DNA of 64,000 nucleotides, from positions 192,001 through 256,000 of the forward strand of contig OZ219917.1 of the NCBI GenBank assembly GCA_964291415.2, written 5' to 3'. Source of the DNA: Alphaproteobacteria bacterium (GTDB lineage: Bacteria > Pseudomonadota > Alphaproteobacteria > SP197). Shown here piece by piece: positions 32,470 to 41,183 of this stretch (its first letter is position 1; every line of letters begins with the position of its first letter). The translations under genes were made by a program, and so were the position numbers. The notes under the pieces were generated by a model. The model did not search any database and had not been told where the DNA came from. It saw only the letters and a program-made list of their open reading frames with translations.

Positions 32470-33707
32470 GCAGCCAGACGGACATCTCCCCCTTCGCTCC
32501 GGAGCAATTCCCGGTCATGCACCGGGTGCCGGGCGTGCGCCTTGGAGCCGGCCGCTGCGGAATCAGGCACTCGGACACCAAGCTCGACCTCATGGTGGCG
32601 GCGTTCGATCGACCCGCCGCCGTTGCCGGCGTCTTCACCAAGTCGAGCACCGCCGGCGCCCCGGTCCAGTGGTGCCGCAAGCATCTCGCCCGCGGCATCG
32701 CGAGAGGGCTCGTCGTCAATTCCGGCAACGCCAATGTCTTTACCGGAAAGGCGGGACGCGACGCCGTGGAAGCGATGGCCGGGCGAACGGCGGCACTCGT
32801 CGGCGCGGAGCCTCACGAGATCTTCGTTGCCTCCACCGGCGTCATCGGCGAGACGCTGCCTGTGTCCGCCGTCGTCAAGGCCCTTCCCCGAATCACGGCC
32901 TCGCTCGACGCCGACTCCTGGCACGACGCCGCCCAGGCGATCATGACCACCGACACCTTTCCCAAGGGCGCGTCGGTCATGACCTCGATAGCCGGAACCC
33001 CGGTGACGATCACCGGGATGGCCAAGGGCTCCGGCATGATTGCGCCAAACATGGCGACGATGCTGGCCTACGTGTTCACCGATGCGACACTCCCGGCCGC
33101 CGTTCTCCAGCCCCTGCTCGCGTCGGCTGCCGACCGCTCCTTCAACGCCATCACCGTCGACAGCGACACCTCGACCAGCGACACGCTGCAGCTCTTTGCC
33201 ACGGGCCAGGCCCGGCACCCGGCCATCACCGACCGGCGGGATCCGCACCTGAAGGCCTTCCGCGAGGCGCTTGATGCCCTCTGCCTCGATCTCGCGCATC
33301 AGGTGGTCAAGGACGGCGAAGGGGCGCAGAAGTTCGTCGAGATCCGCATCACGGGCGCGAAGTCGGCCAAGGCGGCACGCACCATCGGTCTCGCCATTGC
33401 GAATTCACCGCTGGTCAAGACCGCCATTGCCGGAGGCGACGCCAACTGGGGCCGCATCGTCATGGCGGTGGGCAAGTCCGGAGAACCGATCGCCGAGACC
33501 GACCTCGACATCCACGTAGGCGGCCACGCCGTCGCCCTCGACGGCGCACCGCCACCGGGCTACGACGAGACCCCCGTCGCCCGCCACATGGCGGGCCGCG
33601 AGGTCCTTATCGAGGTCGCCGTCGGCAAGGGTCGCGGCAAGGCAACGGTCTGGACCTGCGATTTCACGCGCCGCTACATCGAGATCAACGCCGACTACCG
33701 CAGCTGA
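32466..33707 (+). CDS. argJ: Bifunctional ornithine acetyltransferase/N-acetylglutamate synthase
   Basis: NSGNAN, IMTTDT, KGSGMIAPNMATML, VKDGEGA and INADYRS motifs. Confidence 0.97.
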   Translation: MSSQTDISPFAPEQFPVMHRVPGVRLGAGRCGIRHSDTKLDLMVAAFDRPAAVAGVFTKSSTAGAPVQWCRKHLARGIARGLVVNSGNANVFTGKAGRDAVEAMAGRTAALVGAEPHEIFVASTGVIGETLPVSAVVKALPRITASLDADSWHDAAQAIMTTDTFPKGASVMTSIAGTPVTITGMAKGSGMIAPNMATMLAYVFTDATLPAAVLQPLLASAADRSFNAITVDSDTSTSDTLQLFATGQARHPAITDRRDPHLKAFREALDALCLDLAHQVVKDGEGAQKFVEIRITGAKSAKAARTIGLAIANSPLVKTAIAGGDANWGRIVMAVGKSGEPIAETDLDIHVGGHAVALDGAPPPGYDETPVARHMAGREVLIEVAVGKGRGKATVWTCDFTRRYIEINADYRS

Positions 33708-33859
33708 CGCGAACCGTTTTCCGCCACGCACGACAGGGACGGCACCGTCTTCGAATGTCTGTGTCTCTTCTGGACCTCAGGCGGCTGCGAGAAGCGATGC
33801 CAGTTCTCCCAAGGCCTGGTTCGGCCGTTGATACGTCGCCGCGCCTTCGCTCGGACGGG

Positions 33860-33950
33860 TTCAGCAGTTCGATAAACTCAGTCGCAGACAGCACCTTTGC
33901 CCCGGAACCGACCATTGGGCCGAGGTTCCGGTGCCGATCGCCCGCAGAAG
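33860..33950 (-). pseudogene. Possible C-terminal remnant of a PIN-family toxin
   Basis: GDRH....GAKVLSATEFIELL resembles PIN C-termini. Very short. Confidence 0.25.
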
Positions 33951-33981
33951 ACCACCGCCTCTATCGATCTGGTGACGGATG

Positions 33982-34815
33982 CTAACCGTCCAGTTCGCGC
34001 CAGATGTTTCGCACCAAATCCTTGATCATCAATGCCTCTTCCCACCGGTCAGACAGTTCCTCGCCATCAGGACCCGATATCGCGTACTCCTTTGGCCCCA
34101 ACTCGCACAGGAAGTTGAGAGTATCGTCAGGTCCCGACCGTTTCCGCCACGACTCGAATCCCCGTCTCCACCAGGCCAGAAACAGTTCGAACCACTCGCG
34201 ATGATGCGGGAAGGAGATCTGAATCTGCACCTGTTCGCGCGATGCGACCCGACCCTGAAAACTCTCTGAGCGGTCAAGAACCTGCTGAATCTGGCCATGA
34301 ACAATGTCATCTATTGGCCAGGAGAACTCGCGGCCGACAACGAAATGCGACAAGTCGGCGCACATTCGCATCCGGGGCACGGCATCCATCAACTGGAGCG
34401 TGTAGAGCATGTCCGTTGTGATGCAGTCCCTATGCGTCTCGATCGTGACATCGACGCCGGCTCGCTCGCAATCGTCCAGCCAGCGATTGATGTACTCCGC
34501 GCCCTCCGCGACGGTGAATGGGTAGACTTGGCCGATGATGTTGAGATGCCGGGAGTTTAGATCTTGAGCCAGTTCGATCGCCGGCCCCAGATCGTCCACC
34601 CCCTTGGGAAACGCCGTTACGGTTGACGCGAGCCCAAACTCCCGAAGCAACGGTCCGATGCCTTCGCCGCTCGGATCTCCATAGACGATGTCGATACCGT
34701 CATATCCTGCGTGAGAAATCATCCGCACCTTGGTGTCGAGCGACCACTCGTCGACCTTCGCACTGCGTCGCTCCATAGCCCAGAGTGATTGAAAGACTTC
34801 GAGTTCTTGCGCCAT
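33982..34815 (-). CDS. Sugar phosphate isomerase/xylose isomerase-like TIM barrel protein
   Basis: QSLWAM, IETHR, ADLSHF and CELGP motifs. Confidence 0.85.
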   Translation of the reverse strand: MAQELEVFQSLWAMERRSAKVDEWSLDTKVRMISHAGYDGIDIVYGDPSGEGIGPLLREFGLASTVTAFPKGVDDLGPAIELAQDLNSRHLNIIGQVYPFTVAEGAEYINRWLDDCERAGVDVTIETHRDCITTDMLYTLQLMDAVPRMRMCADLSHFVVGREFSWPIDDIVHGQIQQVLDRSESFQGRVASREQVQIQISFPHHREWFELFLAWWRRGFESWRKRSGPDDTLNFLCELGPKEYAISGPDGEELSDRWEEALMIKDLVRNIWRELDG

Positions 34816-35021
34816 CTCCACCTCAATTCTGATCCGGCAAACCTCGTTGGATCGCGCCATTGTACGTCTTGAGGTCAACCAGCGCTCCTGCCTGCGAGAT
34901 ATCAGAATGCGTTGCAATGAACCCGCATGAGGTCATGCAGGATCTAAGGTCGGATCTGGTGTGCGGATGAGTTGAACCGTGCGGCGAGCCTCTGCCAAGA
35001 TCGTTTCTCGCAAACTCGATT

Positions 35022-35333
35022 TCAGCAAGAGACTCGAGCTTGCTCCTGCCCGAGGACTGCTCTGAACATGTCAAGGACAGCGTCCGGTGCCGGATCGCCG
35101 TAACCCGGGAGATCCAGATCGCGTGTGCCGCGGGACGGCTCATCGAACCATGCTGTCAGCAACATGGCCCCCTTCAGCACGAAACGGTCGGCGTACGAGG
35201 ACTGCGTGAGCCGGTAGAGCAGGCGCTCGATCGCATAGTGCGTCAGGACCAGATCGAAGTTTTGACCCTTCTCCTTGCTGATTCTGAGGAGGCGAGCCCG
35301 GACCGAGGCCCCGATACTATTGATTCTAGGCAT
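35022..35333 (-). pseudogene. AbiEii nucleotidyltransferase toxin, truncated after ~100 aa
   Basis: ASVRARLL...YAIERLLYRL...FVLKGAML...TRDLD. The C-terminal two thirds are missing. Confidence 0.88.
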
Positions 35334-35943
35334 TGGCGGTGAGCGCCTCGAGGTACGGGCGGACCACTGTGGCGACACCGCCGCGCTCCGCGTGCCGGCC
35401 AATCTCGGCGGGGCTTGCCTTTCGTTGCCGGAGTGCCTCCTGTAGACCTTCCAGCGCCACCGCCTGTCCGATCTTCCGGCGATGCCTGAAGCAGTCGGCG
35501 ATCGTCTTGGCGACGCCGAAGACCTTCACGGGAACATTCTCGATGTGCACGGTGAGGACGTCGTCGGCGAGAAGCGCATCCGTAAACCGCACGATCCGCA
35601 TGGCCGGCCTTCCCTCCTTCGGCATCCAGTCCCTGGTGCCGATCGCCATCCAGACTGCGCGCGGGAGTTGATCGGTCAGCTCGTGGTAGGCCAGCGCCGA
35701 CACCAGGCAGACGACACCCTTGGGAACGCGTTTTGTGGCTTCCGCCAGACTGTGGTTGGCGTCGAGCGGCGCATCAGGCAGTTGGTAGAGCCCGCGCGCG
35801 AGTCGGTTCACGTCACCGGTGCGGACCATTCTGCCGATCGTGGCCGCGGTAATGCCGGCATCCGTGAACTCCGACAGGCGCGCGATTCCCTTCACCCGAA
35901 GAAGATCGATCGCCTGTTCGCGTTGCGTGCCAGTCCTCGCCAT
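35326..35943 (-). CDS. AbiEi type IV antitoxin/transcriptional regulator
   Basis: RLARGLY, CLVSALAYHELTD and KTIADCFRHRRKIG motifs. Overlaps the abiEii start. Confidence 0.9.
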   Translation of the reverse strand: MARTGTQREQAIDLLRVKGIARLSEFTDAGITAATIGRMVRTGDVNRLARGLYQLPDAPLDANHSLAEATKRVPKGVVCLVSALAYHELTDQLPRAVWMAIGTRDWMPKEGRPAMRIVRFTDALLADDVLTVHIENVPVKVFGVAKTIADCFRHRRKIGQAVALEGLQEALRQRKASPAEIGRHAERGGVATVVRPYLEALTANA

Positions 35944-36104
35944 CGATATCAAACCACGGAATAACGAATACATGTTCCGAGATTTTGTATCACTTATCTC
36001 AAGCTCGGACAAATGTCGGTCACGCAGATTAACCGAGAGAAACCGGAGCCGCAGCCGAGGGAAAGTGATCCAGCCGGACACAAACGCTTTGTAGCCGCTG
36101 ACAA

Positions 36105-36157
36105 GGGATTAACCTTGCAAATCCGGTACGCTGCGTTGGATTTGCAAGGTTAATCCC
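36105..36157. repeat. Perfect 20-bp inverted repeat
   Basis: gggattaaccttgcaaatcc-N13-ggatttgcaaggttaatccc. Confidence 0.9.
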
Positions 36158-36379
36158 GAGTTGGTAGTGCCTCGCGCATATTGTAAGGGACGCGTGGTTC
36201 AGCTTGCTGACGCTCTCCGGATCCAAGTGTCGCCGGCCTCCGCAGGAGCGGCCTTGGCATTCGGAACGTTCCTCTGTTTGGCGTACGTGAACAACCAGTT
36301 TTCGTCGCACTGGATCAAGGTCAAGAGAAATGGGGGCAACGACCACTGCCCCCTCTGTTCTCAAAAGTCACTCTCGCCG

Positions 36380-36832
36380 CTAAGCGGCCACTTGGTGCGG
36401 TTGCCAGCCTTCTTCTGTGTCTTCGAAGCTCAACTCGTCGCCAGTCATATCGTCGAGCCTGGAGAGTTGTTCGAGCATCTCCTTGACTCCCTCATTCTCC
36501 CCAACATGTTCGATGTAGATAAGCCTCAGCAGGCGTTCAGCCGCTCCGTCGATCTTGGATTGTTCTTTCTCCCAGCGAGCGATGCTCTGGCCGTTCTTGC
36601 CGAGAGTCATGCCCAGCACTGTTTGAGACAGTCCGAGCTCATGCCTCAGGAACCGAATCTCCCTCCCGTTCAGGGATTTCTTTTCAAAGACGAGATACCC
36701 GCCGATCGCGCGATGCAGATTATCGATGTTCTCAATATGCACCGCCTTGCCATGCGGTGTTTCCGAGTATCGGAAGCCGTTTAGCAGGTAGACATTGTCG
36801 AGTCCGCACTCGCGATAGTGATATCTTCCCAT
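36380..36832 (-). CDS. MqsA-like XRE HTH antitoxin
   Basis: YHYRECGLDNVYLLNGF and EIRFLRHELGLSQ...IARWEK. Confidence 0.85.
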   Translation of the reverse strand: MGRYHYRECGLDNVYLLNGFRYSETPHGKAVHIENIDNLHRAIGGYLVFEKKSLNGREIRFLRHELGLSQTVLGMTLGKNGQSIARWEKEQSKIDGAAERLLRLIYIEHVGENEGVKEMLEQLSRLDDMTGDELSFEDTEEGWQPHQVAA

Positions 36833-36860
36833 TGGTCCTCTTTCTCTAAATGTTGTGGAT

Positions 36861-37144
36861 CTAGATGACCGTGACAACGGTGAGGGTCTTGTCGCCCTCC
36901 TTTATTGCCACGACGACCCGAGTGATCCGTCCGGCGCTGCGCTTTCTCAGACTCACCTTCCAGTCCCCGTATTCATCCAGCGTTGGCTTGCTGATGATCT
37001 TGCCGTTTCGAAGCGTATCAAGCGCTTGGCGCATGGTGACGTTCCTGTCTCTCATCCTCGCGTGCGCATGACTGGACCATCCAATCCTGTCGGAGTCGGT
37101 CACCGCTTCACGAATGATGCTCTGAGCCGCCTCCTTAGACATCA
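36861..37144 (-). pseudogene. DUF4258 (RelE-like) toxin, 3' part; gene split by IS110
   Basis: WSSHAHARMRDRNVT...LTVVTVI. Its 5' part lies at 38685-38721. Confidence 0.85.
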
Positions 37145-37234
37145 TGGATTGACCTGCCCTGGCCTCGAGGATCGTGGGTTATTCTCGAGGTCAGGAACCC
37201 TTTGAGTACAGAGCCACATCGAGGAGGGCAGGTC

Positions 37235-38362
37235 ATGGTCGAGTATAACGCATTCGTTGGTCTGGACGTCCACAAGGAGACGATCGCGGTGGCGGTTGCG
37301 GTGCCGGGTCGAGAGGATCCGGTGTACCGGGGCGAGATCTCCAACAAGCGTTCATCGTTGCGTCGCCTGGTTGGCAAGCTGAGTTCGCATGGCGAAGTGT
37401 TGAGCTTCGCTTATGAGGCCGGTCCCTGCGGCTATGGGGTGTACCGGGAGCTTGTGGCGACGGGCCACGACTGCATGGTGGTGGCGCCGAGCCTGGTTCC
37501 GCGCAAGGCGGGTGACCGGGTGAAGACGGATCGTCGTGACGCGCTGAACCTGGCGCGTCTTCACCGCGCCGGGGAGTTGCGTCGGGTGTGGGTTCCCGAC
37601 GCCGATCAGGAGGCGATGCGAGACCTGACGCGGGCGCGCGAGGACATGAAGGCGATCGAGCTCAAGGCCAGGCAGCGCCTGGGAGCGTTCCTGCTACGCC
37701 ACGAGCGGATCTACGCGGGTCGCAGCCGCTGGACGCAGGCGCACTTCCGCTGGCTGGAGGAGCAGTCCTTCGAGCATCCGATGCAGCAGGTGGTGTTCCA
37801 GGAGTACGTGGATGCGGTGCTGGACGCCCAGCGCCGGGTGGCGGGCCTGGACGAACAGATCCACCAGGCTGTCGCCACGTGGTCGTTGCGTCCTTTGGTG
37901 GAGGCCTTGATCAGCCTGCGCGGCGTCAACGTTCTCACCGCGGTGACGGTGCTGGCCGAACTCGGCGACCTGACGCGCTTCGACAGCCCCCGTCAACTGA
38001 TGAGCCATCTCGGCCTGGTGCCCAGCGAGCACTCCTCAGGCGCACGGCGGCGGCGGAGTGGAATCACCAAGACCGGCAACGGCCACGTGCGCCGCGTGCT
38101 CGTCGAGGCCGCCTGGAGCTATCGCTTCGCGGCCCGCAAGACGGCCCATCTCCAGCGCAAGGCCGCCTCGGCCCCGCCCCGGGTCCAGGCCCTCGCCTGG
38201 GCTGCCCAGAAACGCCTGTGCGGCCGCTACCGGCGGCTCTCCCATGCCGGCAAGGCGCACTGCCAGGTGACCACCGCCGTGGCCCGCGAGCTGGCCGGCT
38301 TCATATGGGCCATCGCCTGCGAGATGGCTGGCCGTCCCCACGGCAGTCGTGCCCTGACCTGA
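37235..38362 (+). CDS. IS110-family DEDD recombinase/transposase
   Basis: VGLDVHK, YEAG, KTDRRDA, GLVPSEHSSG and TAVARELAG motifs. Confidence 0.96.
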   Translation: MVEYNAFVGLDVHKETIAVAVAVPGREDPVYRGEISNKRSSLRRLVGKLSSHGEVLSFAYEAGPCGYGVYRELVATGHDCMVVAPSLVPRKAGDRVKTDRRDALNLARLHRAGELRRVWVPDADQEAMRDLTRAREDMKAIELKARQRLGAFLLRHERIYAGRSRWTQAHFRWLEEQSFEHPMQQVVFQEYVDAVLDAQRRVAGLDEQIHQAVATWSLRPLVEALISLRGVNVLTAVTVLAELGDLTRFDSPRQLMSHLGLVPSEHSSGARRRRSGITKTGNGHVRRVLVEAAWSYRFAARKTAHLQRKAASAPPRVQALAWAAQKRLCGRYRRLSHAGKAHCQVTTAVARELAGFIWAIACEMAGRPHGSRALT

Positions 38363-38419
38363 ATGCCGCAGATCCTGAAACAACCCACAACTCTGCCTGG
38401 CAAGGCAACCAACAAAGGA

Positions 38420-38630
38420 CGATCAGGCATGACGGGTGCGGAACGCGGGTGGTCGGTGAGGAGAACCCTCGTTCTGCCTATGCGCGGCGAACCGGAACGT
38501 TCGTCAACCCGCGTCATTAGACAGAGGCAGCTCCGCGACGAAGTGAAGTCAGGTGGTAACCAACCCACGGATATCAGAGTGATCCACCGTCGCAGCAAGC
38601 CGCCCGCGGTCCGCTCCCGTCATGCCAAAA
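38420..38630 (+). ncRNA. Candidate IS110 bridge/seek RNA
   Basis: A 27-bp near-perfect stem (38426-38452 with 38600-38626) in the 3' non-coding end. Contains short matches to the target and donor junctions. Confidence 0.6.
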
Positions 38631-38684
38631 GGAGGTCGGGATAGAAACGGACCGAGCCGGTATAGACAGGTCAATACATATCAG

Positions 38685-38721
38685 TCAGTGTCTTCGGAAA
38701 CGGTATGATTTCAGCAGTCAT
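38685..38721 (-). pseudogene. 5' part of the split DUF4258 toxin
   Basis: MTAEIIPFPKTL, in frame with MSKEAAQ once the IS is excised. Confidence 0.75.
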
Positions 38722-38725
38722 ACAT

Positions 38726-38758
38726 CTATCAATATGATAGGTACGATCCGACTGTCAA
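38726..38758 (-). promoter_or_regulatory. Putative TA promoter with palindromic operator
   Basis: TTGACA (38758-38753) and CTATCA-N3-TGATAG palindrome (38726-38740) over the -10 region. Confidence 0.55.
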
Positions 38759-38769
38759 CCACCGAGTTA

Positions 38770-38960
38770 TCACGCTTTTCGTGACCAACGAGTCCGTGCG
38801 GCTGTCTGCGCTCTCTCTCCGCCGCTCTGGAGACATCCTTGAGGCACGCGCCTTGCCGTCGTCACCGAACTCCTCCTCGCGCTGACAGCGATTTCCATGA
38901 CGCGGACGGCGTTGCCGATCACGTCAGCGGGACGCTTCTGCCCCTTCGGGCCTCCAGGAA
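38770..38960 (-). pseudogene. Small basic IS-associated protein remnant
   Basis: GPKGQKRPADVIGNAVRVMEIA and KARASRMSPERRRESAQTAARTRW in shifted frames. Confidence 0.55.
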
Positions 38961-39181
38961 TCGGAGGGCGCTTCCTGCGGCGCGGGTGCGCCGCCGTCAC
39001 GTAGAACCTTGGCCAGCTTCTTGAACACGTTTGGATGGCCGCGCTTTCGCCTTTCATCGGCGTGCACAGTGGTGTGTAAGTCGGGTACATCGTTCGATGC
39101 GATGTGGATGCTGTCTCTGGCTTCGTCGTACCAAATGCCCACCTCAAGGTAGATGGCGTTCCCAGGCTTGCTCTTGCGCAT
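38924..39181 (-). CDS. Small hypothetical protein
   Basis: MRKSKPGNAIYLEVGIWYD...GHPNVFKKLAKVL with an upstream GAGG RBS. Confidence 0.5.
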   Translation of the reverse strand: MRKSKPGNAIYLEVGIWYDEARDSIHIASNDVPDLHTTVHADERRKRGHPNVFKKLAKVLRDGGAPAPQEAPSDSWRPEGAEASR

Positions 39182-39368
39182 GGACCCTCGCAATGCTTCC
39201 CGCCAAGCATACAGGAAGGGAGAGTTCCTTCTGAAGTTGGAGCTCCCGGGCACCACCATAGTGGCAGGCTGACGCGGCGGCCGCGGAGGGGTCCCGGGCA
39301 TTCCCGCATCTTGTGTCGTTTGTGAGCCGATGCCAGCATGATGAAGGGGTGACGTTGGGGATGGCGGC

Positions 39369-40385
39369 ATGGATTGGGTTCACGGTCGGAAGGTGCTGCC
39401 TCTGCCCGGAGCGAACTTCGGCAGGCTGATCGACGTCGATGACGCCGAGACGTTTGTAGGCGCGGTCGAGCAGACGCCTGACGTGCTGCCCGCCCTGCTC
39501 TGCGAGGCCGGCGGACTCCTTGTCCTGAAGGGCATGGGGGCGATTTCCGGCGAGCCTGAACTCCTGGTGCGGCTGAGCCACCCTTTCGGTAGCGAGGTCG
39601 AGGACTATGCGGTGACCTCGAATCGCCACAACCTCCTGCATCCGGCATCGAGCCAGATCATCCGCATCTCGAACCGGCCGCCGATGAACTTCGAGCCGCC
39701 CGAGCCCCCGGATCCGCCACGCACCGCTGACGGTGGACTTCCGGTCCGTTTTCCGCACCGGCGCGGCTGGCACACCGATCAGAGCTTCCGCCGCCCGCCA
39801 CCCGATATCTCGCTCTTCTATGCCCACGAACCGGCACCCCGGGATCAGGGCCAGACGCTCTATGCCGACGGAACGGGCGCCTGGGAACGGCTGGACGACG
39901 AGCTTGCCGCCATCGCCGAAAACCTCGTCGGCATTCACGTCGCGCCCTTCAAGGGGCACGGCGAGGACGACGCCCGCGAAGGGCGCGAACCACAGGTCCT
40001 CAACGAGCGCGACGGGCCCCAGCCCCAACCGGTGGTGCGCGTCCACCCGGTCAGCGGCCGCAAGGCGCTCTACCTGTGCGAGCGCGAACAGATGGACTGG
40101 ATCAACGGACCCTTCGCCGGCATGGAGCCCGGGGTGAAGGGCGAGGCGGCACGGCTTCTCTACCGCCTGATGCATCATTTCACGCAGCCTGCCCTCACCT
40201 ATGCCCATCACTGGGACCAGGGGGATCTCGTGGTCTACGACAACAGGTGCACGATCCACTCGGCCACCTGGTTCGATGCCACGAAACACAACCGCGACAT
40301 GTGGCGCACCACCGTGTGGGGCAACCCCGGACCGTTCTACGACGGCGAGGCGCGGAGCTGGGAGGGCGGCGCCGCTAGAGGCTGA
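39369..40385 (+). CDS. TauD/TfdA Fe(II)/2OG dioxygenase
   Basis: WHTDQSF, RVHPVSGRKALY, WDQGDLVVYDNRCTIH and MWRTT motifs. Confidence 0.92.
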   Translation: MDWVHGRKVLPLPGANFGRLIDVDDAETFVGAVEQTPDVLPALLCEAGGLLVLKGMGAISGEPELLVRLSHPFGSEVEDYAVTSNRHNLLHPASSQIIRISNRPPMNFEPPEPPDPPRTADGGLPVRFPHRRGWHTDQSFRRPPPDISLFYAHEPAPRDQGQTLYADGTGAWERLDDELAAIAENLVGIHVAPFKGHGEDDAREGREPQVLNERDGPQPQPVVRVHPVSGRKALYLCEREQMDWINGPFAGMEPGVKGEAARLLYRLMHHFTQPALTYAHHWDQGDLVVYDNRCTIHSATWFDATKHNRDMWRTTVWGNPGPFYDGEARSWEGGAARG

Positions 40386-41139
40386 TCGTCAGGCCGCCAT
40401 CGACGGTGAGAACGTGGCCGTTGACGTAAGACGCCGCATCGCAGGCAAGGTAGAGCGCCGCCCAGCCGATGTCCTCGGGCTCTCCCCAGCGTCCCGCAGG
40501 GGTCTTGTCCCTGATTGAGTTGAAGAATTCAGGGTTGTCGTGAAGGGGTTTCGTGAGGTCCGTGACGATGTAGCCCGGCGCGATGGCGTTCACGGTGATC
40601 CCGTGCGGTCCCAGTTCCGTCGCCATGACGCGAACGAGGGCGTTCATGCCCCCCTTGGCCGCTCCGTAGGCCGGCACGTGCTCCCTGCCGATCGAGGCGA
40701 TGATCGACGAGACGAAGATGATGCGCCCACGGGACTGTTCGACCATGTGCCGCGCCACCTCCTGGGAGAGGCGAAAACCGGCGGAAAGATGCACGTCCAG
40801 CGTGCGCTGCCAGTCGTCGAAACCATGCTCGAGAAACGGCACGCGCATGCTGTGACCGGCGTTGTGGACAAGGATGTCGATGGATCCCTGGCACTCGCGA
40901 AACTCCTCGATCCCCTGGAGAGCCGCGTCGGTGTCGCTGACGTCGAAGACCAGATCGTGCGCCTCGATACCGGCCTTGCCCAGTTCGCGGGCTGCCCCCT
41001 TTGTCGTGAGCGGATCGCGGCCGTTGATGCCGACGACCGCACCCGCTTCACCGAGGGTCCGGGCAATGGCGTAGCCGAGGCCACGCGTCGAGCCCGTGAT
41101 CACGGCGGTCCGTCCTGCCAGGGAGAAGGGATGGGTCAT
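40375..41139 (-). CDS. SDR oxidoreductase (gluconate 5-dehydrogenase-like)
   Basis: TGSTRGLG, YGAAK and NAIAPGY motifs. Confidence 0.9.
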   Translation of the reverse strand: MTHPFSLAGRTAVITGSTRGLGYAIARTLGEAGAVVGINGRDPLTTKGAARELGKAGIEAHDLVFDVSDTDAALQGIEEFRECQGSIDILVHNAGHSMRVPFLEHGFDDWQRTLDVHLSAGFRLSQEVARHMVEQSRGRIIFVSSIIASIGREHVPAYGAAKGGMNALVRVMATELGPHGITVNAIAPGYIVTDLTKPLHDNPEFFNSIRDKTPAGRWGEPEDIGWAALYLACDAASYVNGHVLTVDGGLTISL

Positions 41140-41183
41140 GGCCGGCGTTTCCTGATGCGTTGGTCTGACAGCGTATCGTTCCC

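Larger units (their letters stand above)
37145..38684 (+). mobile_element. Complete IS110-family element
   Basis: Flanked by duplicated TCA (37142-37144 and 38685-38687). Sub-terminal ttgacctg/caggtcaa. Removing it restores the toxin ORF. Confidence 0.9.

Noticed and set aside
31578-33707. 709-aa extended ArgJ
   Set aside because: The upstream part is an off-frame overlap of the PPIase gene. The real start is 32466.
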